Notes: generated by a model from the sequence alone, not told the origin. Positions 43,372-53,531 are shown, numbered from the stretch's first letter. The stretch is 64,000 nucleotides of DNA from an uncultured Haloferula sp. (GCA_965652295.1 CBFGTS010000003.1:1-64000); one strand, 5' to 3'. Numbers and translations are program-made.

Positions 43372-44060
43372 GGACGCCGGAGGCGTCCCATCCGGGTAGC
43401 CGGTGGTCGCAGACCACCGGATCCACGACGGAAGAAGAACCGCACCCCGCAGGGGTGCCATGCAAGTGGCTCGCCCAACACTCGCCTTTCCGCTTTTGTG
43501 AAGGAGCTTGCCATGCCCTCGACCTATACCTCCCTCCACTATCACATCACCTTCTCCACGAAACATCGCGAACCCTCGATCGCCAAAGCTTGGAGAGACG
43601 AGCTTCATCGCTACCTCCACGGCACGGCCGAAGGACTCGGGGCGTTTCCCCGGCTCATCGGCGGAGTGGCCGACCATGTCCATCTCTTGATTTCGCTGAG
43701 GCCGAATACCTGCCTTTCTGATTTCATGCGTGAGCTGAAAAAAGCATCCACCGCTTGGGTCATGGAAAATCGCCTTCCCGCCTTCCGCTGGCAGGAGGGC
43801 TATGCCGCCTTCACCGTGAGCCCCTCGGCACGGATCGAAGTGGAGAAATACATTTCGCGCCAGGAGGAGCATCACCGAAAACGAACCTTCCGGGATGAGT
43901 TGCTGGAGTTCCTCGAAAAATCGGGAGTGTCGTACGACGAGCGCTACCTCGATTAACCCGGCTCCCTCCATGGCACCCCTCCGGGGTGCACTCCCTTCGC
44001 GAGACCCGGATCCGGTGGTCTTCGACCACCGGCTACCTGCGTGGGACGCCGGCGGCGTCC
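43372..44060 (+). mobile_element. Y1 (IS200-like) transposase flanked by ~91-bp triple-hairpin inverted repeats (REP-associated-type element)
   Basis: Arms 43372-43462 and 43969-44060 are inverted copies enclosing tnpA. Confidence 0.8.
43513..43956 (+). CDS. tnpA: IS200/IS605-family Y1 HUH transposase
   Basis: YHITFSTKHR, DHVHLL HUH motif, WQEGY, KYISRQEEHH catalytic Tyr; AAGGAG RBS. Confidence 0.92.
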   Translation: MPSTYTSLHYHITFSTKHREPSIAKAWRDELHRYLHGTAEGLGAFPRLIGGVADHVHLLISLRPNTCLSDFMRELKKASTAWVMENRLPAFRWQEGYAAFTVSPSARIEVEKYISRQEEHHRKRTFRDELLEFLEKSGVSYDERYLD

Positions 44061-44087
44061 ATGGGAAACCCGAACCTCTCCCGCGCT

Positions 44088-46523
44088 CTATTTCACATAC
44101 ACCTCACGCGCCTTGGCTCCATCTCCCGGGCCGACGATGCCGCGTTGCTCGAGGATATCCACCATTCGTGCGGCCCGGGTGTAGCCGAGGCGCAGACGAC
44201 GCTGGAGCAGGCTGGTGCTGCATTTCTGCTCCTGCCTCACCACGTCGATGCACTTGATGATCATGTCCTCGTCCGCGTCGGAAATGTCTTCGTCGCCATC
44301 CATGCCCCCGGCGTTCTCGATCGATTGCTGGATGTCCTCGGCGAAGTTCGGTTCCGCCTGCCCGGAGCAGTGCATGACCAGCCTTTCCACCTCCTCATCG
44401 GAAACGAAGGCTCCTTGGGCGCGCTCCAACTTCGCCGATCCAGGCGGGAGATAAAGCATGTCGCCCTTGCCGACGAGTTTCTCGGCACCCTTGGTATCGA
44501 GGATGACCCGCGAATCGAGCTGCGAGGAAACCTGGAATGCGACCCGGCACGGGATGTTCGCCTTGATGATCCCCGTCACGACGTCCGCCCGCGGCGTCTG
44601 CGTGGCGATGATCAGATGAATCCCCGCCGCCCGCGCCTTCTGCGCGATCCGGGCGATGTTCATCTCGACCTCCGCCGGCGCGGTCTGCATCAGGTCGGCC
44701 AGCTCATCGACGATCACCACGATGTAGGGATACCGGTCGGGAATCTCGTCATCCTCTGGAATCAGCTCGTCCTCGTCCGCCTCCGGACCCAATTCGCCGC
44801 TTTCCAGTGCGGCGGCGATCGACTCGATCTCCTCCTGGTCGACTTCCTCGTCCTCCTCAGCAGGAACCGGCTCGGGTACGACGGGCTTTTCCTCCCGCAC
44901 GCGGCTGTTGAATCCATCGAAGTTCCGGACGCCGCACTTCGCGAACACGCGGTAGCGCTTCTCCATCTCGTTGACCACCCACTTGAGCGCGGCCACGACC
45001 TTCTTCGGGTCGGTCACCACCGGCACCACGAGGTGCGGCAGTTTGTTGTACATCTGCATCTCGACCACTTTCGGATCGACCATGATGAAGCGCAGCTCGT
45101 CGGGCCCGAACTTGAACAGCATCGAGGCGATGATCGAGTTGATGCACACCGACTTTCCCGATCCGGTCGCGCCCGCAACGAGCAGGTGGGGCATGGCGGC
45201 GAGGTCGCCGATGACCGTCTTGCCGTAGACGTCCTTGCCGAGGGCGAGCGGGATCTTCTTCTTCGCCGAACGGAACTCCTGGTCCTGAAGGAGTTCGCGC
45301 AGAGGCACCGCGACTTTGTTCGAGTTCGCAAGTTCGATCCCCACGGTGTCCTTGCCGGGAATCGGTGCCAGGATGTTGATCCGCTCGGCTTTGGTCGCGC
45401 GGGCAATATCGGCCTCGAGTTGGGAGATTCGTGAAACCCGCAACCCGACGCTCGGGTAGATCTCGTAGCGGGTGATCGTGGGGCCGCGGGTGATGTCGCC
45501 CGGCGTGGTCTCGATGCCGAAAGAACGCAAGGTATCGACGATCGTCTTCTGGACCTGAAGCAACTCGTCGCGGTTCGCCTCGGTCGAATCCTCGACTTCC
45601 TCCACCACATCCAACAGATCGAACCCGGGCAGGTCGTAGTCCTCGAACCCGACCGTTTGCAGTGAGGTGTGGCCTTTTTTGCGGTCGAAAGGTTTGTCGC
45701 CCGGCTTCGGCGGCTCGATCCGGCGCTGCGAAGCGTCGATGATCTGCGGCGGGGGGATTTCGCGCAGCGCCAGTTCCGTCTGCGGAGCCTCCTCCGACGC
45801 CGGCTTCGCGGGGCCCGGCTGCCGGCGCTCCTGGCGCCGCTTTTCCTTCTCCCGCTCGCGCTCCGACTTGAGACGGAACTCCTTTTCACCCCGTTCCCGA
45901 CGCTCCGCGAGCATCTCGGAGACCTTGCCAACACCCTCGGCTGAAAGCGCCGCGGTGCCGCGGATGAAACGCAACGGCCGCTGACCCACGACGAGGATCA
46001 GCGCGATCAGATAAACCAGCGCGGCGATGATCACCGTGCCGGTTTTGCCGACGATCGGGCGCATGAGCTGGTCGGAAACCAAACGTCCCAGCACCCCGCC
46101 ATCGCCCGGTAATTCGCCCGGTTCCGACCATCCGGCATGAAGGAAAACCGCGCCGCTGAGGATCATCACCACAAAGCCGATGCCCGTCCGCGGCCACAAC
46201 CGCCCGTTGAAAACCAGCTTGATGACGCCGAACCAGATCAGCGCCACCGGAATCAGGAAGCCCGCCTTCCCCATCAGGAACGCGTGGGCCAGCCCGAACA
46301 CCGTGCCCAGCGGGCCGATGAAATTGCCGCGCGGCTTCTGTGCCTCCGCCTGGGTGGCGAGCGTATCGCCCATGCCCCATACCGGCAGATCCTCGTGGGA
46401 AAACGAAACCACCGAAAGGAACAACACCAATCCCACTCCGATCAGCGCGATGCCAATCAGCTCATTCGACCATTTGGGAGCATCCGGTGCCTCGCCCCGC
46501 TTGCGGTTGTCTTTTTTCGCCAT
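44088..46523 (-). CDS. ftsK: DNA translocase FtsK
   Basis: N-terminal TMs, MPHLLVAGATGSGKS, DELADLM, ATQTP, gamma domain STSLLQRRLRLGY.RAAR. Confidence 0.96.
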   Translation of the reverse strand: MAKKDNRKRGEAPDAPKWSNELIGIALIGVGLVLFLSVVSFSHEDLPVWGMGDTLATQAEAQKPRGNFIGPLGTVFGLAHAFLMGKAGFLIPVALIWFGVIKLVFNGRLWPRTGIGFVVMILSGAVFLHAGWSEPGELPGDGGVLGRLVSDQLMRPIVGKTGTVIIAALVYLIALILVVGQRPLRFIRGTAALSAEGVGKVSEMLAERRERGEKEFRLKSEREREKEKRRQERRQPGPAKPASEEAPQTELALREIPPPQIIDASQRRIEPPKPGDKPFDRKKGHTSLQTVGFEDYDLPGFDLLDVVEEVEDSTEANRDELLQVQKTIVDTLRSFGIETTPGDITRGPTITRYEIYPSVGLRVSRISQLEADIARATKAERINILAPIPGKDTVGIELANSNKVAVPLRELLQDQEFRSAKKKIPLALGKDVYGKTVIGDLAAMPHLLVAGATGSGKSVCINSIIASMLFKFGPDELRFIMVDPKVVEMQMYNKLPHLVVPVVTDPKKVVAALKWVVNEMEKRYRVFAKCGVRNFDGFNSRVREEKPVVPEPVPAEEDEEVDQEEIESIAAALESGELGPEADEDELIPEDDEIPDRYPYIVVIVDELADLMQTAPAEVEMNIARIAQKARAAGIHLIIATQTPRADVVTGIIKANIPCRVAFQVSSQLDSRVILDTKGAEKLVGKGDMLYLPPGSAKLERAQGAFVSDEEVERLVMHCSGQAEPNFAEDIQQSIENAGGMDGDEDISDADEDMIIKCIDVVRQEQKCSTSLLQRRLRLGYTRAARMVDILEQRGIVGPGDGAKAREVYVK

Positions 46524-46657
46524 CCGTGCCGGCTCCAGCATCCCCCGCCCGATCCCGCCCCGCAAGATTGTTTTCCCCGGCCGGAAAATCAGGAAAACTT
46601 AGACAACAGACCGAATTTCCCCTTTCTCCCCCGGCCCCCGCGGGGCACTTTCCGGCC

Positions 46658-47590
46658 ATGGAACCGATCACCTTCAAGCCCCTCTACATGCAGCGCGTCT
46701 GGGGCGGCCGGATGCTGGAATCCGCCTACAAGCGCACCCTGCCGGACGACGCACCTTACGGCGAGTCCTGGGAAGTGGTGGATCGCGAGAAGGAACAATC
46801 GGTGGTGCGCGGCGGTCCGCTCGCCGGCAGCACGCTGCACGAGTTGTGGACCACGCAGCGTGAGGAGATCTTTGGCCACGATTTGCCGGATTCGCCCCGT
46901 TTCCCGCTGCTGATCAAGGTTCTCGACGCCCGTGACGATCTCTCGATCCAGGTCCACCCGCCCGTCGATCTCGCCCCCTCTCTCGGCGGCGAGCCGAAGA
47001 CGGAGATGTGGTACATCGCCGAGGCCGACCCGGGGGCGAAACTTTACGTGGGTCTGAAAAACGGCGTCACCCGCGAGGACTTCGACCGGGCGCTGGCCGA
47101 TGGCAGCGTGGCGGATGTGGTCCACGCGATCGAGCCGAAGACGGGCGACTCCATCTTCATCCCCTCCGGCCGGCTGCACGCCATCGGCGCGGGGTTCCTG
47201 ATCCACGAAATCCAGCAGAACTCCGACACCACCTACCGCGTCTTCGACTGGAACCGCGTGGGGCTCGATGGCAAGCCGCGCGATCTCCACGTCGAGGAGT
47301 CGCTCAAGAGCATCGACTTCGACGACTTCGAGCCCGGCATGGACGAACCGGACGGCTCCGTGATCGCCAGCTGCGACTATTTCCGCGTCGAGAAACTGGC
47401 ACTGGCACCCGGAGCCTCCGCAGGCAATGCCACCGAAAGCCGTTTCTCGATCTTCTCCGTGGCGGAAGGCCAGGTCACCTCGCACGACGGACGCATTTTC
47501 AAAAAAGGGGCCTTCCTGCTCATGCCCCGCGGCACCGGCAAGCTCACTGCCAGCGGTCGCGCCACGCTGCTACGCACGACGCTGCCTTGA
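46658..47590 (+). CDS. manA: Type I phosphomannose isomerase (mannose-6-phosphate isomerase)
   Basis: VWGG, GESWE, FPLLIK.LDA..DLSIQVHP, KTEMWY, HAIG, EIQQNSDTTYR. Confidence 0.9.
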   Translation: MEPITFKPLYMQRVWGGRMLESAYKRTLPDDAPYGESWEVVDREKEQSVVRGGPLAGSTLHELWTTQREEIFGHDLPDSPRFPLLIKVLDARDDLSIQVHPPVDLAPSLGGEPKTEMWYIAEADPGAKLYVGLKNGVTREDFDRALADGSVADVVHAIEPKTGDSIFIPSGRLHAIGAGFLIHEIQQNSDTTYRVFDWNRVGLDGKPRDLHVEESLKSIDFDDFEPGMDEPDGSVIASCDYFRVEKLALAPGASAGNATESRFSIFSVAEGQVTSHDGRIFKKGAFLLMPRGTGKLTASGRATLLRTTLP

Positions 47591-47616
47591 CCAGCCCGGT
47601 GACGTGACCTCCCGAG

Positions 47617-48081
47617 TCACACCTTCACGCCCGCCATCGAACAAACCTTCTTGAAGTGCTTCGGCTCAACCGGGGTGATCGACAGCCGCGTGCCGCGCTT
47701 CGTCACCAGCATCCCGTCGAGGGCCGGCTCGGCCTTGAGCTGATCGAGGGTCACCATCTCGGGGAACTTCTTCACGAACTCGAAATCGACCATCAGCCAG
47801 CGCGGCTCGCCGGGGTCCGATTTCGGGTCGTGGTAGTCGGACTTGGGGTCGAACTGGAGCGGATCGGGATAGGCCCCGCTGACCACCCGGGCGATCCCGA
47901 CCACGCCGGGCGGCTTGGCATTCGAGTGATAAAACAGAGCGAGATCGCCGAGATCCATCCCGTCGCGCATGAAATTCCGGGCCTGGTAGTTGCGGATGCC
48001 GTTCCACGGCTCGCGCCCGACACGTTCGAGGTCGTCGATGCCGAACACGTCGGGCTCCGATTTGATCAGCCAATAGCGCAT
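47617..48081 (-). CDS. EVE domain protein
   Basis: YWLIKSEP, W.GIRNYQARNF, FYHSN, RLSITPV. Confidence 0.93.
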   Translation of the reverse strand: MRYWLIKSEPDVFGIDDLERVGREPWNGIRNYQARNFMRDGMDLGDLALFYHSNAKPPGVVGIARVVSGAYPDPLQFDPKSDYHDPKSDPGEPRWLMVDFEFVKKFPEMVTLDQLKAEPALDGMLVTKRGTRLSITPVEPKHFKKVCSMAGVKV

Positions 48082-48146
48082 GCCGACCCATCCCGCGTGA
48101 CGCGATTTCCGGCAAGCACAATGGAGCGTCTGTGATAGCTTCGGAC

Positions 48147-48791
48147 GTGAATGTGATCGCCGAAAGAGAACTGATGATCCGCCGGCAGCTCGCCGACCGG
48201 GGCATCCGGGATTCTCGGGTGCTGGACGCGTTCCGCGCGGTGCCGCGGGAGGACTTTTTACCTGAAGACGAGCGCGGGCTCGCCTATGAAGACCGGCCGC
48301 TGCCGTTACTTCACGGCCAGACGATCTCGCAGCCTTACATTGTTGCCAAGATGGCCGATCTGCTGCGTTTGCCGGAAAACGCCCACGTGCTTGAGATTGG
48401 TGCCGGCTGCGGTTTCCAGACCGCCATCCTCGCCCACATCGCACGCGACGTCTGCGCCATCGAGTGGTTTCGCGACCTCGCCACCATCGCCACGCGAAAC
48501 CTGCTGAGCTTGGGTTTCACCCACATCGAGGTGATCCATGGCGATGGCCTCCAGGGGTGGCCGGATCATGAACGGACCTTCGATGGCGTCGTGATTTCCT
48601 TCGCCGTTCCGGAGGTTCCGCAGGTCCTGCTCGATTCGCTGGCTCCACAAGGTCGGCTGGTCGCGCCGGTGGGCAATGAAAACCTCCAGACCTTGAGGGT
48701 TTACCAGCGCCGGGCGGAGGGCGGCTTCGACGTCAGCGAGCACGACTCCGTGCGCTTCGTCCGCCGCCAGCTTGACGATCCCTCAGAATAG
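48147..48791 (+). CDS. pcm: Protein-L-isoaspartate O-methyltransferase
   Basis: VPREDF, AY.D.PL, QTISQPY, VLEIGAGCG, GDG..GW. Confidence 0.9.
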   Translation: MNVIAERELMIRRQLADRGIRDSRVLDAFRAVPREDFLPEDERGLAYEDRPLPLLHGQTISQPYIVAKMADLLRLPENAHVLEIGAGCGFQTAILAHIARDVCAIEWFRDLATIATRNLLSLGFTHIEVIHGDGLQGWPDHERTFDGVVISFAVPEVPQVLLDSLAPQGRLVAPVGNENLQTLRVYQRRAEGGFDVSEHDSVRFVRRQLDDPSE

Positions 48792-49832
48792 CTCGGCCTG
48801 CCCCGGCATCCGGCGGCGGAAATGCTCGCAGGTCACGTCCGGCACCGTCGTCGGCAGCTCAAGCCTGCGACAGGTCGCGTGAAAAAGCGCCCGCATTTGC
48901 TCCGCGGCGAGGCCACTCCCACGCATCCGCTCGCCGGCCACGGTGCTGTTGAGGCGTCCCTCACGCGCCGCACGGATGCGACCGAGAATCTTCTCCTTTG
49001 ATCCCGGCCGATGGCGGTCGAGCCAGTCGCCGAAAATCCCCGCCACCGCACCCGGCAGGCGGACCATCGAATAGGCCGCGAAGTCCCCCCCGATCTCCTT
49101 GACCGCATTCAAGATGGCGGGCAGTTCGTGGTCGTTCAGCCCGGGAATCATCGGTGCCGCGCTGACACCACAAGGCACTCCGGCGGCTGCCAGCGTCCGC
49201 ACCGCCTCCAGCCGCGCGCGAGGCGAGGAAGCCCGGGGTTCCAGGATTCGCGCCAGGGCGGGATCGAGCGTCGTGATCGAAAGGTACACCGCCACCGCCT
49301 TCCATTTCGCCAGCTCGGCCAGGTGATCGAGGTCGCGCGTCACCAGGGCATTTTTCGTGATGAGGACCACCGGCTGACGAAACGCCGCCATGACCCGGAG
49401 GCAGCCGCGGGTCAGCTCCAGCTTGCGTTCGACCGGCTGATAGCAATCCGTCACGCCGCTCATCGAGATCTTCCCCGGCCTGTATCCCCGCCGCGCCAAG
49501 GCCACTTCCAGCAGCCGGGGTGCCTCAGGCTTCACCACGATGCGTGATTCGAAATCCAGCCCCGCGGAAAACCCGAGATACTCGTGGTAAGTACGAGCGT
49601 AGCAGTAGCTGCACCCATGTTCGCAGCCGCGGTAGGGATTCACGCCGTAGTCGAACGAGAGGTCCGTCGCTGAATTGCGGGCAAGGATTTCCTGCGAATC
49701 ATCGCGGAGGAAAAGCGTCCGCAACGGCCGCGGGTCCTCCTCCACCCACGCGTCCTCGTCCACCTCGACGCGCATCGCCTCGAACCGGTTCGCCGGGTTG
49801 CCGCCCGCCCCTCTTCCCCGAAATGCGTTCAC
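48783..49832 (-). CDS. PA0069/Rv2578c family radical SAM protein (SplB-like)
   Basis: GRGA..NP.NRFE, NPYRGCEHGCSYCYAR, TDCYQPVE, R.LEP. Confidence 0.92.
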   Translation of the reverse strand: MNAFRGRGAGGNPANRFEAMRVEVDEDAWVEEDPRPLRTLFLRDDSQEILARNSATDLSFDYGVNPYRGCEHGCSYCYARTYHEYLGFSAGLDFESRIVVKPEAPRLLEVALARRGYRPGKISMSGVTDCYQPVERKLELTRGCLRVMAAFRQPVVLITKNALVTRDLDHLAELAKWKAVAVYLSITTLDPALARILEPRASSPRARLEAVRTLAAAGVPCGVSAAPMIPGLNDHELPAILNAVKEIGGDFAAYSMVRLPGAVAGIFGDWLDRHRPGSKEKILGRIRAAREGRLNSTVAGERMRGSGLAAEQMRALFHATCRRLELPTTVPDVTCEHFRRRMPGQAELF

Positions 49833-49839
49833 TTGAACA
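49826..49839. promoter_or_regulatory. Verrucomicrobia-type LexA (SOS) box
   Basis: Minus strand TGTTC-AAGT-GAACG, one mismatch to TGTTC-N4-GAACA; overlaps the predicted GTG start of the radical SAM gene. Confidence 0.7.
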
Positions 49840-49957
49840 CATTCAGAGAAGACCAGGCAGAGAACAAGTGGTTTCTTTCCGCGCGTCGCAGGAAAGCAAC
49901 GCGTGCTTGTCCGAGTGGTCACGTTCAGGGATCAGCTCCCGGTCGCGCCACTCCCGG

Positions 49958-50965
49958 TCATGAATCCTCAGGAAAGGATGAGGTTACTTTCAGCGTGTCC
50001 CCGGTGTCCTCGATTTCGAACAGACGGATGCGGGTCTGCGGGCCGCCGTTCGGGGTGTGGAGGGTCATCATGAGCTGCCCGTCGAAGCGCTTGAAAAGCA
50101 TGCTGTGGCCCCCGTCGGCGGTGTAGAGCGGCTCCGGGCGCTGGACCCACGGGCCGGCAAGCTTGCCGGACTCAGAGACGGCCACGCCCACGCTGTAACC
50201 GGTCTCGCTGAAGCTCGACCATGGCATCATCAGCGCACCGGACTTGCTGCGGTGGATCCACGGCCCGTCGGTGACGTAGCAGCCGTGCTCGGGCGAGGCG
50301 CGGTTCCACCCGGCCTCGCTGCCGCGGAAAAGGAGCTTCGGCTCTCCGATAACGGCGGAGAGGTCGTCCTTGAGTTGGATCATCTCGACGGTGCCATTGG
50401 AAACCTGGACCCACTCGTGGCAGTAGATCATGTAGGGCACGCCGTTCTCCTCCCACAAAGTGCCGTCGAGGGTCATCATGTCGGCGGGCAGGGTCGGTTC
50501 GTTCGAGAAGGCCCGGTAGGGGCCGAGCGGGGAATCGGCGACCACCACCTGGCTGGCGCGGCGGACCTGTGGCGGCCAGTTTTCCCAGCCATCGCCCCAC
50601 TCGTTCCACTGCGGGCCGAACTCCGCGGTGCTGTCGAATGTGAGGAAAAGGTAGTATTTCCCGCGGTAGGCGTGGATCTCCGGTGCCCAGATGCCGCGGA
50701 TCTCGACGTTTTCTCCCCACATCTCCTTCGGCGTCTCGTAAACGATGTGCGGGCCCTCCCACTCCACGAGGTCCTTGCTGGTGTAGGCGCGCACCGCGGC
50801 CCCGCGGGCGGAGGCGACGAGATAATAGGTCTGGGTTTCAGGGTCCGGCAGGATGCAGGCATCCCGCATGTGGATGTCCGAGAGCTTTTCGGTGCGGATC
50901 TCCGGTCCCTCCTGGGCGCGGAGGACGGAGAGGGAGGCGAGAGCCGCCAGGAGAAATCGGATCAT
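49958..50965 (-). CDS. GH43 glycoside hydrolase (exported)
   Basis: MRDACI, WAPEIH, LDGTL, HEW, VTDGP, DGGH. Confidence 0.88.
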   Translation of the reverse strand: MIRFLLAALASLSVLRAQEGPEIRTEKLSDIHMRDACILPDPETQTYYLVASARGAAVRAYTSKDLVEWEGPHIVYETPKEMWGENVEIRGIWAPEIHAYRGKYYLFLTFDSTAEFGPQWNEWGDGWENWPPQVRRASQVVVADSPLGPYRAFSNEPTLPADMMTLDGTLWEENGVPYMIYCHEWVQVSNGTVEMIQLKDDLSAVIGEPKLLFRGSEAGWNRASPEHGCYVTDGPWIHRSKSGALMMPWSSFSETGYSVGVAVSESGKLAGPWVQRPEPLYTADGGHSMLFKRFDGQLMMTLHTPNGGPQTRIRLFEIEDTGDTLKVTSSFPEDS

Positions 50966-51072
50966 GAGCGATGCTGGGGTTTTGGGTTGGATGGAACCAC
51001 GGGTGACCGGGAACTACGCGGATGGAGCCGTCCGTTTTGCAGGCATTCGAGGCCCGGAGGGACTTTCCCCCG

Positions 51073-51963
51073 TCACGGCTTGGCGAAATCGACGAGCGCG
51101 GCGAGCAGGTCGGCCGGCGTGCCGAAATCGAAGCGGCGGGCTTCGGTCATTTCCATGGCCACGTAGCCCTCGCGCTCACGCTGGATCTCCTGCGCGCGGG
51201 TGAGCTGGAACTCGTTCTTGTCGCGGATGTCATCGCGGATCATCCCGCCGAGCACATCGAAGATCGAGGGCCCGAGCAGGTGCATGCCGAACCAGCCGAG
51301 AAATTCGTCGTCGCCGAGGCCATCGACACGCAACTCACGACGCGCGGTTTCGACGTCGGGTTTCTCGATGATCTTCGTAACATCGATCAGCCGGGGATCA
51401 TCAGTGAAGCGCCGGCCCGCGATGGTGCCGTAGCCCTTGAGCTGGTCGGGCGCGATGCGGTTGACGGCGGAAACCGATCGACCGCCGCTGCGGCTCCATG
51501 CCTCGGCGAGTTCGGCGGAGGGGGGCACGGATCTGCCACGGAAAAGATGATCGCCGAGACACAACAGGAACGGCTCGCCCGCGACGAAATCACGGGCCTG
51601 ATAGACGGCGTGACCGTAGCCTTCCTGCTCGTGCTGCACGGCGAAGGTCACGCGTTTCCCCAGCTCGCGCATGCGCAGGGCCTCGGCATGAAGCTCGGGA
51701 TTCTTTTCGAGCCGCTTGAGGTAGGCATCGTCCGGCCCATCGGTGTAGGCGCGCACGGTGGCTTCCTCGCCGGGCTGGACGATGATGCAGATTTCCTCGA
51801 AGCCGGCGGCGTCGAGATCCAGCAGGTGGTAGTGAAGCAGCGCGCGGGCGATGCCATCCGGCCCGACCACCGGAAAGAGTTCCTTTTTCACCGCGTGCGA
51901 GGCGGGAAAAAGCCGGGTGCCGAGACCGGCAACGGGAACGACGGCTTTGCGAACGGAAGACAT
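51073..51963 (-). CDS. Sugar-1-phosphate nucleotidyltransferase (GalU-like)
   Basis: KAVVPVAGLGTRLFPAS..VKKELFP, Q.EQ.GYGHAV, LGDH, IEKP, DFGTP. Confidence 0.88.
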   Translation of the reverse strand: MSSVRKAVVPVAGLGTRLFPASHAVKKELFPVVGPDGIARALLHYHLLDLDAAGFEEICIIVQPGEEATVRAYTDGPDDAYLKRLEKNPELHAEALRMRELGKRVTFAVQHEQEGYGHAVYQARDFVAGEPFLLCLGDHLFRGRSVPPSAELAEAWSRSGGRSVSAVNRIAPDQLKGYGTIAGRRFTDDPRLIDVTKIIEKPDVETARRELRVDGLGDDEFLGWFGMHLLGPSIFDVLGGMIRDDIRDKNEFQLTRAQEIQREREGYVAMEMTEARRFDFGTPADLLAALVDFAKP

Positions 51964-51965
51964 GG

Positions 51966-53417
51966 TTAGAGAATGGTGCAGCCCCAGCCGGCAGCATCGA
52001 AGGAGTAGCGGCGGGCGCGGAACTCGACCGCGCCCTCGGAAGTGCCGGTAAAGATGTCGGGCAGGGTGCCGATACGCTTGGAGTATGCCTCGGCGATCTT
52101 CGGAACGTGTTCCTGGAGTGCTTCCTTTTTCCCGAAGACCGCCACCGTGCCGCCCGCGCCGCCACCGGTGATCTTCGCGCCGTAGAGCCCGGACGCCGCG
52201 CCGCGCTTGCGGACGGCCTCGACCAAGGCATCGACATCGGGAACGGAAAGGTGGCAGTTGTCACGGTAGCTCGCGTGGGCCTCGTACATGCACCGGCCGG
52301 CCTCGATCAGCGCCGCCTCGTCGCCCGTCCGCGCCGCGCGCAGGGCCTCCATGAAGCGCAGGACCCGCGCGTTTTCCAGGATGGGATGCTCGGTGGTCCC
52401 GCGGACCAGATAGGTCGCCCCGGTTTGGACGGTGGTCACCGTATCTTCGTGGGAGCCGTAGCGTTCGAGAAATTCGGCCCCCTCCAATGTCTCGGGGAGC
52501 TGCGGGCGGTATCGGGCGGTCCACTCTTCCGGAGTGATCTCGGCGAGGTAGTCGACCGGCGGCTCGCCGGCTTGCTTGCGGATCTCATTGATCATCCGGC
52601 GGCCCATGAAGGCGCCGACACGGACGCTGCCGTATTCCTGGCCGCCGACCGAGTGCCGGACCATCGAATTGATCCCGACGAAAGCGGTGCCAGCCGGGAT
52701 TTCCACCGTGCCCTCGACCGATCCGGGCCGGCAGAGGATGTGGGTAAGGCAGTCCTTCTTGCCGGAGGCCACCGCGATCTGATCCATCGACCCGCAGGGA
52801 GCGCCGACCACGTGGTTCTCGGCGATCTGGGCGAGACGGGCGATGCGCGAAGCGCTGAGGTCGAGGCCGAGGTAGGCGTTGAGGCAACAGATCGTGCCGA
52901 CCTCGGTAGCGGCGGACGAGCCGATCCCGACGTTCATCGGCACGCCGCTCAGAAACAGCATGCTGAAGCCGTAGGGCAGCTCGATGTTCTCCTCACGCAG
53001 CACGGTGAAGATCGATCCACCGATGTAGGCGGCCCAGTTGGCGAGCGGATTGCGTCGGCAGGTACTGCGGACCTCGTCGTAATCGGCGGTGCCATCGCCA
53101 TTGCGGAAGTAGTCGAGCGGGATGCGCGTTTCCACCGGCAGGTTCCTCTCGCCCATCTGGGCGGTGCGGATCCGCAGGGTGCGGTCGGTGCGGGGCTGGA
53201 GCGCGATCAGATTCCCGCTGCCGAGCACCGCTTCGCACACGTTGGCTCCAGAGTAGTCGGCGATCCCGCCCATCACATCGAGCCGCGCAGGGACCCGCGC
53301 CACCCAGATCTGGCCGGGGTTGAAAAAACCGGCGAGGCCGGTGGGGTCGCTATTAGGCAGGGCCAGGAGCCGCTCGAACTCCAACAACTCGGGGGGCAAA
53401 TCGGGGATTACACTCAT
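51966..53417 (-). CDS. GHMP sugar kinase, L-arabinokinase/galactokinase-like
   Basis: ARVPARLDVMGGIADYSG, VP..VGIGSSAA.EV, EN.VVGAPCG.MDQ, HASY, LYGAKITGGGAGGTV. Confidence 0.85.
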   Translation of the reverse strand: MSVIPDLPPELLEFERLLALPNSDPTGLAGFFNPGQIWVARVPARLDVMGGIADYSGANVCEAVLGSGNLIALQPRTDRTLRIRTAQMGERNLPVETRIPLDYFRNGDGTADYDEVRSTCRRNPLANWAAYIGGSIFTVLREENIELPYGFSMLFLSGVPMNVGIGSSAATEVGTICCLNAYLGLDLSASRIARLAQIAENHVVGAPCGSMDQIAVASGKKDCLTHILCRPGSVEGTVEIPAGTAFVGINSMVRHSVGGQEYGSVRVGAFMGRRMINEIRKQAGEPPVDYLAEITPEEWTARYRPQLPETLEGAEFLERYGSHEDTVTTVQTGATYLVRGTTEHPILENARVLRFMEALRAARTGDEAALIEAGRCMYEAHASYRDNCHLSVPDVDALVEAVRKRGAASGLYGAKITGGGAGGTVAVFGKKEALQEHVPKIAEAYSKRIGTLPDIFTGTSEGAVEFRARRYSFDAAGWGCTIL

Positions 53418-53531
53418 CCTTCCGGGGCAACACGCGACGCCCGGCCCCATAAGTCAAGACAGCAGCCGGATTCCGAACGACATCCGCGACAAACTCTTGA
53501 CCCTCCTTCCGCTCAATCGAGGATCACGTTC

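Noticed and set aside
43513..44060. OMEGA system (TnpB/IscB with omega RNA)
   Set aside because: No tnpB or iscB; the downstream structure is an inverted copy of the upstream arm and ftsK ends about 30 bp later
44740..44900. Acidic insertion in the FtsK motor domain
   Set aside because: Falls in a variable loop before the Walker B region; likely ordinary lineage variation
52107..53531. Apparent 1115-aa GH97 with a long N-terminal extension
   Set aside because: The extension is antisense to the GHMP kinase; the signal peptide begins at ATG 53532
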